Below are positions 37,610-48,940 of a stretch of DNA of 64,000 nucleotides, piece after piece. Every line of letters starts with the position of its first letter. Positions within the stretch are counted from its first letter, which is position 1. The stretch spans positions 186,001 through 250,000 of the forward strand of contig NMRA01000147.1 of assembly GCA_002633005.1 (NCBI GenBank), written 5' to 3'. The notes under the pieces were generated by a model. It did no database searches, was not told where the DNA came from, and was given only the letters and a program-made list of their open reading frames with translations. Source of the stretch: Phoronis australis. Its lineage: Eukaryota > Animalia > Phoronida. Position numbers and translations under genes: made by a program.

Positions 37610-40600
37610 CTGAAAATAAACGTAAAAAAATCTGTAAACGCTGATATTTAGTACTTGGTTGAATTGGTACAATTATCAAACATTTCAATGTATTGGCTAT
37701 TGAAACAACTAAAATCGTCATCCTTTTCACTGTTCTTGTCGGTACTTATTTGAGCATGTACGTGTACAGCTCACCTTCCACAGCGTTAATACCTGGGCGG
37801 TAGTCCTACAAGATAACAAATAGGTAAAGAAACACAGTTAATAACAATGGCGCATAAATAAAAAGCGAAAAGTGACCAGAATTACACGAACCGATCTCAG
37901 ACAACACCTCAAAAGTTGTTCGGATATTTTTCATTAAAATATTTCGATTTTTCTACGGAATATGCTTCCTTTTCCTTTTATTTTGACAAAAATATGCGAG
38001 GTCGATGACCTTCGACGTCCCCAGCTGTTGAACCACGTGACCTTCAGGTACCGCCTTGCTAGCAGTACCGGGCACGCGAATTTAGGATTCACACAACATC
38101 TCCAATCATACAAGACTCTGGTAATAGTTACTCCCTCTCCCAAATTGCATAGAAACGACACAGCTGATGAGATCGCCGCCTTTATTTCTTTTCAATTTGA
38201 TAAACAGCTTTGTTAGGAATAAATCAGAAAAACATCAGATTTTGCTGTTTTATGGATCTGGTAAAAACTTTAAGAATAAAACCTTACCCAAAACATACAC
38301 TCGACATACATTTTTCTCTGGCGCGCGTTTTCGAAGGCCCGCTCCTAAAGCAAGTTTGGATCGGTTTCACAAGCCAAAAATATCTTCAACTTCCACCCCG
38401 AACATAGTACAATTAGGTAAATTTCAGAACATGGATATTTGGTGCAAAACTTTTCCGACAGACGCGATCTGTAATTTTTAAACACTTGACCGACAAAAGA
38501 CGGCAATTATTTAAGTGTCACACTCGGTTTTAGAGCCGGAAAACACGTTTTGGTGATTCTTGTTGTATGACATAGACTTTATGTGCTCGTCTACTTGGCG
38601 AGTGGAGTTAAGCTCCGCCAGCTGTCGCTGCTGAGGTCGTCACGTGAGTTCGCATTCGTCTTGAAACTGATCTCAAAAGGCTATTCAATTCCCGCCGACT
38701 GTGCCACTTTAATTTCGCCGTAGTCTGAAGGACTAAAATTTTATCAAAGTAACACCGATTGCAAGTTTCGGTGACAGAATTATTTATACAGCTAACAAGG
38801 CCTCTGTAGTTAAGATTAGAATCTTGTAAAAAGGCAGGTTGTGTTGCTCGTTTTTTCAAAACCTGAATATTTTTTTTCTTTTCGGTTTCACCAATATCCA
38901 AGGTTGGTGACATCCTCGACCTGGGTGCGAATCTGTGACGACTTGGCGGGGCGTCTCTTTATGACGGCCGGGTTGCACTTGATGATGACCTGGGGTTAAC
39001 GTGACAGCCCCTAGGCGTAACTCAATGACTCACATCCTTTCTAATAACTTTCGACACAAAATGCCTGCATGTTGACTTGTATACTTACCAAGAGAGAATG
39101 CCATAAGGGCATCTTTGTTGATCACTTTGAGATCTTTATCAAGAAAATTTTCTGGTCTGAAGTCCCACGGATGAGCCCAAATATTGCTGTCTCGGTGCAC
39201 TGACCATAAGTTAGTCATTACCTGCCAAATGAACAATGATGATGATAGAAACAATGGGTTTGTATACCCTGTACTCTCACGCCGTGGATACCAGAAATTT
39301 CCCTAGTTAAGTTCACGTAACCCCCCTATAACCCCGCTTGTTCTGAAAGACCCGCTGGAGCACTTTTTGGACACAGTCGCTTCTGTAAAGTAAGTGTGTC
39401 TGGTATAAAATGTCAATCAGAACAAGATCAGTTTCTGGTACGTTTTAGGCCAATGCAACCTCGTAATATATGCAGTCACAAAGTTATAGATTTTATACAG
39501 GTCAAAAAAAGCATCCTCCAAAATAACGCAGAGAAATATTGGTGTATTTACCAGCCTTTTATTTTCAAATCAAATTCTCTATCGGCTTTGCGATTTTGAT
39601 CAAAGCTTTTGAGAAACTACCATTACGTTCGAAGTAAAGACATTTCTTAAACATTTGAGAATTTCCACGTGAGTGTGTAAGGAGCGTCTTTAAAATAAGT
39701 GGAACAATGTCTTTGACGCTTTGATTTAAGCCACTTAAATGAAATCGATTTCATCTTGTTCTTTATTCATATCCATGATTTTAAAACCTCGAGAAAAACG
39801 GCGTCATGGAAGTAATACAATTTTGGCAAGAAAGGTGAGATAAATTTCTAACTTGTTCCGCTATAACAAAATAAAGGTGAAATTAGGGCTACCCGTTGTA
39901 CATATCTACAGCAAATGAAATCTACGTCGACCAGGACATAGCTTGTGAGCACGGGGCGGAGAATTGGTGACAACAAGGTACGTTAGTCCTCATGAACACA
40001 AGAAATTGTACGTTATTAAGAACAATACATACAGAGTCAGTCAACTAATCATAGGTAAAATTGTTGCTTTCCATTCCAGTTACCATTATCGCAGAAATTG
40101 CACTTACCGTGGAATGAGCTGGAATCTTGTATTTTCCGCCAATCGTGACGTCTTCGAGAGTTAGATGAGGCAATGAGAGGGGTCCCACGCTGGAGTTTCG
40201 GTATACCTCGAGCAAAACAGCCTCGCAGTAGGGGAGTTTAGCGCAGTAGTCGAAAGATAAAAAATGTCGTTTCAGCATTGCCTTATCCAGTTCTTCTTGC
40301 ATTTTTCTCTGGCATTCGGGATTGTTAACCATGTACAGTAAAGACCATTGTAATGTCAACACTGTAGTCTCAACACCGCCATTAAAAAGATCCGTCAAAA
40401 GGTAAATACGCTGTTCTTCAGTAAAGCTTTCGTGACTTCCACTTTCCATTTGTTCAGAGAATTGGCGCGAAATACTGAAATCGGTTTGCAACACGCCAGC
40501 ATCTTCTTCATCGACACATCGCTGTATGAATTCCATAAGTTCCTGTCTGACTTGCACGATTTTTCTATCTTCTGCCTTCTGGCGACCTCTTTGGAGCCAC

Positions 40601-43600
40601 GGGATCTTTCCCGTTAGTGGTGAAGTTGTAGTAAGCTCCAGCGAATCGCTGATGAGGTTGAAAAGTCTGCCAAACGATCTGTCATTAGAATCAAAAGTTT
40701 TGCCCAAAAGAGTGAAGCATATTACGCTAAAAACACAACCCTGTAGAGTTTTACTTGGATCGAACGGCAGATGTTCTGTTTTATTGAATTCAGCTAATGT
40801 CTGCTTAATTTCATTTTGTAAGACTGAATGAAAACTGTCATTTGTCGTTGCACTTTTCAATTTGGCCAAGCAAAACTTTCTCTGTTCCTTCCAATTTGAA
40901 CTGTATGGTGAGTCCGCCAAGCCTGGAAATTTAAAGAGCAGGAACATAATTTAAGAATCAAAGACGACTTCTTGAGTGAAGTTGATTTCGCACAAATAAA
41001 TAATGCAACAATTCACGTACAAAGAGATCATTAAGCGATTTGTCATGAGCAAATTCTTTACACCTTTTGTAGTAAAATCTCCCTACCTTTAATACCGTGA
41101 ATCCATTTTGCTTAGGATAGGCTAGAAAGCTCACGAGCACATTCGCAAAACAACACTCGCCATTCACTTTCAAGAGGTCTTGCGAAATCTGGCTTTCCTC
41201 GCAAGAAAATTTCGTCCATCAGTCAATTTTTTTGTTGTTTTACTATAACTGTGTATGTAGTTGTTACTAGAATTGGTGACAGAGACGAATTGGGTGCTAA
41301 GAAGAACAAACGAAATGCAAGGCATGGTGAATCAGAATAATATGAGATACCTAGGAATTGAGGATTGTAGAGCTGGATACGATGAACCAATGGGCGACTC
41401 GCTACAGATCTTCCTTTTGACAGAAACTCTCTTACTGACGATGATCCATTGACGATTATCACATCGCTGTAAGGAAACATAACCCATTAGTACTTTAAAT
41501 GTCTATTTTATCTCAACAGCTGGTATTTACCTCGTATGCCTTTTTACATAAAGCTTTTGTAAAAACAACCTCGCAAACATTTTAAAGTCTAGTCAGCACG
41601 CCACCTGTGGCCACGTCCCACAACCTTAACATATAAGTCTGCCCCAACCGCGATCCTTCTGCTAACCATGGAGAAGCACTGAGTCACCGGGACCACCGGT
41701 CGAATACAAAAATCCAACCAGAATTAGTAGTGGGCATCTCATCTTTCAACTCCTAAGTAATGCTTATACCGGTCTAAGAATTACATATTTATACATGTAT
41801 AAACCGACCTCCGTTAAAAATCTTAGTTTGGCCTTTTACCGTTATCAAAGTGGTCTCGACTTATTCCATACTAAATTGACCCACCATACAAAGTAAACAA
41901 GTTATAACGAACTGAAGTTGCCAAGCCAAAAATCTTTTACAAGACTGAGCACGGAACAAGTTGCGATCAAACGTTTTTTGACTGAAAGGTGACTTCGTTT
42001 TGCAGCTTATGCGTTCCAGCATATCAGGATCTAAAAGACCTTTTTTGATCAACAGAAAAAGTCCCAACTTTGGAAGGGTTAGTCATCCGTGACAAAAATT
42101 ATTTGCCGATGTTTTGGATTTCGGAGATAGGAATCATTTCTTTCGTTTAATGGAGAGGTTTGGGATTTCGTTTTTCACTGTTCGGCATATAAATGGAGTT
42201 CTGTGGTCTCAGTTAAAGGGCTTCATTTTGTAAGGCTATGTTCAGTTAAAGGGCTTCATTTTGTAAGGCTATGTTCAGTTAAAGGGCTTCATTTTGTAAG
42301 GCTATGTTCAGTTAAAGGGCTTCATTTTGTAAGGCTATGTTCATGCGACTGAGATTGGGCGAGATCATGCACATACAATTTAGTTTCGGACGGGATAAAA
42401 ACCGATTTGTCATCGATAGACCGAGAGCTATATTGTCCCAAAAGTTCCAAACACATAAAAAGCTATGTTTCTGTTACAACAGGTTCCACCAGATGGAAAT
42501 TGGAATAAAATTTATATTGAGTACTCCTAAGGTGGCACTGAATAGTTAGGCTGCGGCCGCGGCCAATTTGCAGTGCCAAAATATAGAAATTTTGGGGTAG
42601 GCCAAGTTTGGGGTCATTTTGTAGGTGGGCATTGCACGTAGGCTCAGTGAATGTGGTTTGTTTGTATTTGTGAACATGCTGTGAATAAAAAAAGGCCACT
42701 TTCTTGGCTGTAGCTGCACTCTTCTTCAAGATGGCGGCCCCCGGCTGCAATTGTGCATTGTTGGGTAGCGACCGAGAAATTGGCTGTGATTTTAGGTAGC
42801 CCTCAAACAAGCAAGAATTGCAAAAAAACTAGTTGGTTGACAGTACTTTTGGACCACATTTTCTGAATCGGTAGGAAATTTGCTTTCAGACTCTAAGTTT
42901 GGTTTTAGTCGTGCATCGGCAGGGAAGTGGTGTTTTTCGGGTGAAAAGTGCCGATTTTGCATTTTTTTGCCCTTATTTTTCTTAGTCTAGCTTGGTTGTC
43001 AGTGGGAATGAAATGGTCAAAAATACAAGAAAGAATAAAGTTTCTGTGCTCATCTGCTGGGCTTTTTATGTGAAATAATTGAAAACATGCCATTCTTTGC
43101 ATCCTGTTTTTGACAGAGTGAAGAAAAGGTTACAAATCAAGTGATGTGTGTTTTGCTAGGCAAAACCCAGTGAGAACTGTTCTGTGCCTCCTAAGGTAAA
43201 GATGGCTATTGCCTTCGGACAGTCCTTTTCATACAATGACGTAAGTCGAATGTTTGCTTTTGTTTGGTTATCGTTGTTGAATTCTTAACCGAAAGGCTTT
43301 GATGTTTAAAACATTTCAATACTCATCTGATCTTAAATTGTCGCCCGAGAGAGCTAGCGATCACGTCACAAGCAATACATGCAAGCGTCATTTTCGATTA
43401 TGAAATTTTAGGGATGGCACGGCGACCCGAAAGCTTTTTCTTGCAACGTCGACGGTTTTTATGTTCTTTTGGTAGCGAACATCGAGTGCTATCACATAAT
43501 TTAATATCATGAGACCGATTTTATGACTTTATTTGATTCAATTTATTATTCATTTTTGGCAGCTAAATGCTGAGAAAGTCCAGTTTTAATTTTGAGAACG

Positions 43601-46600
43601 TCAAAAATTCGAATCTTCTAAGGATATAGTGTGGTCTTGGCTTTATAAATCCCTTCCTTAATTCGTCTTACATTGAAGTTGGCCATTTCTGACTCCTGTA
43701 TGAAGCGCTCAATATGACTTTAAAGGGATGCAATCGCTACAGTGAAGCAAGACAAAAGTGCCAAGAAGTTGAACAATATTATACAAACTTATCATTGGCA
43801 GCACCTAAACAGTTGCTTGGAGTTTTTGATTAAAATATTTGGATTTTCTTACATCAGTGTGTTTTCTTTTACTTTCATTTTCACGAAAATCAGCCAACCC
43901 AACGAGCCTCGACTTTCCAGGATATTAAATCACGTGACCTTCAGGTACCACCCTATTGAAAAGTTCAATTTATAATTTCAAGGTAGTTGGATTTTGGAGG
44001 CACGTACAAAGCTGGAAGTACAAAATGCAAACGCAGTTTACGATTTGAAGACCCAATTGTGTAAGTTTCTTGGTGAAAAATATCGCGAATGTCATTTTTC
44101 TCTTAGTTTCATGTAGATTACCTTGGCCTACTAGTAGAATAGATATTATAAGAAAAATCCCTTACTAATATCGCAAACACGAAGCTGGCAAATCACATTT
44201 CTTAAAGGGACATTACTTGCGAGAAAAATCATATTGCAAAGATAAAGCTAAGCGCGGATTCCGGTCGCAGTGTAACCCTCCGCTGGCGTAGTTAAATCTC
44301 ACTCCAAAAATGGCAAAGGTAATTTAAAGCAAAGTCACTGACTCATGCCTCCATATGATATACAGGCGTCAGGGTTGAACTTTTGGTGACGATCGGCAGA
44401 ATCGAGCAAAGACACAGCGAAGAAGAAATACACCTGTATACATTATGACTCAAACAAAAAATGCCGTTCTTTACTGTGCGGGATTTCTTAGGATGGTGCA
44501 ATTTTTTAGTCCCCAGTTTGAAAACCAATCCGTATTTCCAGGTTATAATGTCTACAGACACTTCATGAAGGACACTTTAACACACTTCTGAAAAGTTCAA
44601 ATAGATAAGAACAGATTTTCCAAAACAATTTTGATCTGATATTTTAATTTAAGATCATAAAGTCTAGGCTATGGAATGCTCCATTTCTCAAGGGAAATGT
44701 CAGTGGCAAGGGATAATGGATCAACAGTCGACGTTCTATTTTCTTTTTTGAAATTATGGAGCATCGACGGAGAGTCCTTAAGGATTTGATATATCCTTTA
44801 ATATTTTGGGACCCTCTCGGAAGGGGGAAGATTGTCCATCATCCCTTTCTCTGTCGATTTTGAGGGTCACTCTCGGAGGAGATTTTCGATGATGGAATCA
44901 ATTATCATTTGTCTTTTTGTTTTTAAATAGCCTCTCCAACTGAGGGTCCTATCCTGGAAGAATCCAGGGAAATTTACCCTTTGCTACAATGATGAAATGT
45001 GGTGCTATACTTTTAAATAGTTACGCGCGGAAGTAGACGAAATTTCCAACTCAGGCTTAGGAAAACACGCAACATTTGCATGCAAAACCCCCCCAGCATC
45101 AACAAATGAGCCCGAAACAAGCAACATTCGAGACTGTGTATATAACGGAAAAAGTACAAGACAGAACTCGAACGAATGGGTGGAAAGTAATTAGTTATTT
45201 AGAGCGACTAGTTCTCGTGACACACTCTGTGTAGATTGCTTAAGACTATGCAGGACAGTACAGAAATGTCCAAATTTGGCTAATATCATATCTCAGAAAT
45301 GGTTGGTTGGATCCTTGTGAAGGTTCCTGTTACAGCGTTGTATGCGCTGTTCTCCCAGATGAATATATACTTTTATGTTATGCTAAATTTTACTAGGAAG
45401 ACATGCTCAGATTGGTAGAAAGTAAAAAAATCAAATTGTAAAGGCTTTCTACTCTCAGAAAATACATATTTTTACTGAATTCAAGTCAATTCTTTTTGCT
45501 GAATGCGCAGACTTGTCCATCAGTCTAACGATGTTGTGGATCTCAAAAATTAGCAATCATATACATAACATATGTTTTTGAAATACAAGTTTAACTCTTC
45601 AATAGTAGCATGTGGAATAAACCACAAATGACGTTTACACGCGATGAATTCTGAAAATTTCATCGAGGAGAGCCCCAAAACCGTGTTTGCTTGACGCAGG
45701 ACTGGGTTCCAGGATGAGTGTGGCTGGCAACAGACATCAACTCTCATGACTCGGGGAATCGCCTAAAGATTTCTCACCAATTTGAACAAAAGACGTCCAG
45801 AATGCTCGACATGCGCGCGGTTTGTTCGCTTTTATTTTATATATTGTGTCCAGTCAGCATAGTGACAGCTCACAGTTGTCCACACTGGTGGGATTAGAGT
45901 GTTATTAAGGTGGGGACAACCACACTTTTGAAAGGAAATATCCACCTGAGCCCTGAAAACGGCATAACAGTGGCGTTTTTGGCACGTGGTCATGGTTGTG
46001 GGAGCGGTCTCCTTGAGACACCCTTAGCTCTAAATCTACCTGTGGGAGTGTTCAAATATTACGTCAACTAAATTTTACATCTTTTTATCACCCCCCCTAT
46101 GTCAGCACTCGTTACCATGATATAACCTCCCGCCCAGCATCTAGTTACGTCATCACAGAAATTCCCCTGAGTTAGGGAGAACCGACAATCCGTTTTTATG
46201 ATTGTAATGACTGACGTTTAAATTCAATAAATCAGCAAACTTCGATGTAAAACCCTTAACAATACACCGAGCTCTTATAAAAACGTGTTGTTTTATTTCC
46301 CTGTTACGGATTTATTGGTAATTGGACACCGTAGCCTACAAAGTTCGGCACTGAGGCCAATTTACCAAGGCCTGTAGCAGGAGTTTTTGAGGTCTGTTCG
46401 GAGATAAATTCGATGCATTCTTCCGTGAAATAGAGACAGAAGAACCTAAATCTGTGTTGTTTAGACAATTATGATTTTTTGAGTTCTAAACACACAAAAC
46501 GCTTGTTATCCCGGCCAAAGCTGGAAACTAAACTTCCAGTCAAGAAAATACTGTACTAGAGAGCCAACGAAGTAATGTACAGGTGATTATGTTGGTGAAT

Positions 46601-48401
46601 TATCCAGAGAAACTACAAATCTACTTACTCGTCGGGGGCCGCCAATTCAGGTTCCCCTTTGGCCACGGAACCGTCAGGGCAGAAGTTGTACATTGACAAT
46701 CATTATTTGAATAATGTATATGTAAATAAAGATTACCCTAACACCTGGCCGTGGGATATAAAATCGAGTTATTGTTTCACAACAGTTTCTGTCAGCAAAC
46801 ACTGAATTAGCATGCGCTCACACGGCCTCGGTGCCCGGTCAATTACATGTACCTTCATTGCATCTGAAGCCGGTAACGCAGCGGTTTATTCATTGCTGGC
46901 TTCTCAAAACATTTGCACTCACGAATACTCCAAAGGCATTACAAATTGTAACTAATGAGACAGACTTTGTTTTAGTTTTATTAAAACATTGGTTAGGGCG
47001 AGATTATTTCATTTTGAAACAGAACACAGAACGTCAACTGAATCCCGACTTCTAGACGAGAGCTCGTCCGACGAAGACTTCGTAGGTGGATCGTTAAGTT
47101 TCACAGGCTATCAGTTCAAACCGGAATACAGTGATCAAGAAAAATTATATAGGCGCCGTGAACATGCACAGACAACGGAACGTATGGATAGTTCTTTGGT
47201 AAGCCGGCATTCGTCTGACTCACTGTCAACGACTGCCGGCCACAGACACGGATATGTTTCACGGCCTCATACTTGCTATTAACAGCATACTTTTTATTCT
47301 TCACTGCCGCGAGCTACTTCATTCCTAAGCATTTCGGACTCTCGAGGAAGTCGAAAAAACGATGTACCCGATTTCCACGCAGCTGCATAGTTCGGACAAG
47401 TGGGAAAGATGTACCGCAAAGTAGCATTCACTCTGCAAATGAACCATTGACGTCGCTGCGCTGTTTCTCACCTTCCTCACAGGTTAACGCGACACCTCTA
47501 AGCAAGGTAAGGTCGACCGTATGCGAGACGGTGTGGATATATACCGATTAAGATGGTAAGAAAGACTAATTAAATTGGGCGGCATTCTCCTTTAACATCT
47601 CCAGTTAACAGGTGGATTTAATAGCGTAGCGTCGACGCTGTGGTGCAAACTTCGGTCCAATCGAAGTTATCGCCAGGTGCCACTGTTATCGTCAACAGTT
47701 ACAGGGTAGTGCCGTCACTAATAGCTGCTTATATTTTGCTCTAATAATAACCAATCGATTTAAAAATAAGTTTTATGTCCTTAAGCACATGCAAATGTTC
47801 CCAAATTGTCACACTGAAAAAAATCTTAGCGTGCAGCGCTACCTTGCGATAACTTCGATGACGACAGCGTCACCATTCCTTCAGTTACTTTGATGTTCAT
47901 TAACTACCGAGGCAGGTATGAACGGTCTAGTTAACTGCGCTGTTTACGTGGACGCTCAACTCAGACCAGAGTTAAGTCAATATGAAAGGGCCTTTTCGGT
48001 TAATTTCGCCAAGTGTCGCTCCTCCGAGCGCTCTCGTTTATTTATTGATTTAAACTTCTTTAAAAGACTGGATGATCACTTCAGTGAATACACTGATTTT
48101 CAAGTGGGCCCAGTCGGAAATAATAGCGGGCATAAAATGGCTCGCATACATACTGGGGCTGAAAATTGGTTTCTTACCTGTGACCCCATTCAGTGACAAA
48201 GATATCTCCATGGCTCTTCGCCAGTTCATAACACACCGCGAAAATCGGTACATTTCGCTCAAGGGAAGAGGACGAAAGGTATGGTAAGCTTGAACCGTTC
48301 CAAACTGACCGCGAACTCCGCCTCGATAAACGGCCAGTACATATCACAAATAATGCTATCAAAAAACACAGCAAATATATGACGAAAGTGAAGTCAAACA
48401 T
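37416..48401 (-). CDS. Cytochrome P450, clan 2 (CYP1/CYP2/CYP17-like), 5 exons, 493 aa
   Basis: Exons 48178-48401, 41351-41466, 40108-40922, 39089-39221 and 37416-37609 splice in phase (1482 nt). It has an N-terminal TM anchor, C-helix WKEQR, I-helix GGVETT, K-helix EVYR, FRPENF meander and heme motif FSLGSRRCVG. Confidence 0.95.
37930..38060 (+). repeat. Dispersed repeat, related copy at ~43830-43960
   Basis: ttaaaatattt.gattt...cacgtgaccttcaggtacc shared. Confidence 0.65.
39089..39221 (-). CDS. CYP exon 4 (VMTNLWSVHRD...FRPENFLD...AFSL)
   Basis: ttggcag acceptor, G|GTAAGT donor. Confidence 0.96.
40108..40922 (-). CDS. CYP exon 3 (C- to K-helix, 815 nt)
   Basis: tttccag acceptor, ACG|GTAAGT donor; lies within the 300-aa ORF. 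Confidence 0.97.
41351..41466 (-). CDS. CYP exon 2 (DVIIVNGSSSVREFL...ASRP)
   Basis: ccttacag acceptor, G|GTATCT donor, phase 2-1. Confidence 0.93.
42209..42343. repeat. Perfect 33-bp minisatellite x4 (cagttaaagggcttcattttgtaaggctatgtt)
   Basis: Units at 42210, 42243, 42276 and 42309, with no spacers. Confidence 0.97.
42531..43191. mobile_element. PIF/Harbinger MITE with TAA TSD
   Basis: TAA|GGTGGCACTGAATAGTT ... AACTGTTCTGTGCCTCC|TAA (14/17 TIR match). Confidence 0.8.
45933..47591. mobile_element. Kolobok-type DNA transposon relic with THAP (minus) and KolX/P2X7-like (plus) remnants, in CYP intron 1
   Basis: Right end GGGCGGCATTCTCCT|TTAA; putative left end TGAA|AGGAAATATCCACC. Minus strand PTCPN..SFFRLP../K*LAAVK..KHIRVCGR. 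Plus strand acidic DESSSDED..GYQFKPEYSDQE. Confidence 0.65.
48178..48401 (-). CDS. CYP exon 1 (signal anchor MFDFTFVIYLLCFLIALFVIC...)
   Basis: Hydrophobic anchor plus basic stretch, YELAKSHGDIF (K.YG.IF-like), AG|GTAAG donor, phase 2 matches exon 2. Confidence 0.88.
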
Positions 48402-48469
48402 TGTCAGATATCCCTTGAAAACAGCCTTGCCCTAGTTCAGTATTAGCGAACACGTCGCTGATAAGCGCA

Positions 48470-48940
48470 GCGTGAAAATGACTACCCGAGCAGCAGGTGG
48501 GCTAATCCGACTTGCACCCGTGAAAAATAAGGTCCTCGTTCATGAATACAACTGTAAAATCAGTTCACTGACCCAGAGAGTGAGGGGGGGAGGGGAGGGA
48601 TGGAGAGAGGGGAGGGATGGAGGTAGGGNAGGGAGTGTGGGCCGTTCTGTGAGCCAATAAGCTGAATTTACTGTCAGAGGGAAAATTGTTTCTGAGTAAG
48701 TGAGTCATTTTGTTCGGGTAACCTTATAAAAATGTACAGTGTTAGCGTGATCCGTTTTGTTCGAGTAACCTGACAAAATGTTCATCGTACATCACGTGGT
48801 TTCAACCAACCACGCAGTTGAGTATCCCTGCCGCTGACATTTTCACATCGCCTGCTAAGCTCAAATTAACCAGTTGCCAAGCGTGCGTGACCCATGAGAT
48901 AAATATAACTACCGGTATGTATATAGCTCATTGTGCGTGA
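48470..48940. promoter_or_regulatory. Putative CYP promoter: cluster of GCGTG (XRE-core) motifs, AP-1 TGAGTCA, G-rich tract
   Basis: GCGTG at 48470, 48745, 48881, 48885 and 48935, CACGC at 48811; TGAGTCA at 48701; G-tracts 48584-48633. Confidence 0.4.

Noticed and set aside
39140-39165. PERF motif changed to PENF as a sign of an inactive CYP
   Set aside because: Such substitutions are common in clan-2 CYPs, and all other catalytic motifs are intact.
42209-42343. 33-bp direct repeats of CRISPR-like length
   Set aside because: The units are head to tail with no spacers, there are no cas genes, and the context is a eukaryotic intron. This is a minisatellite.
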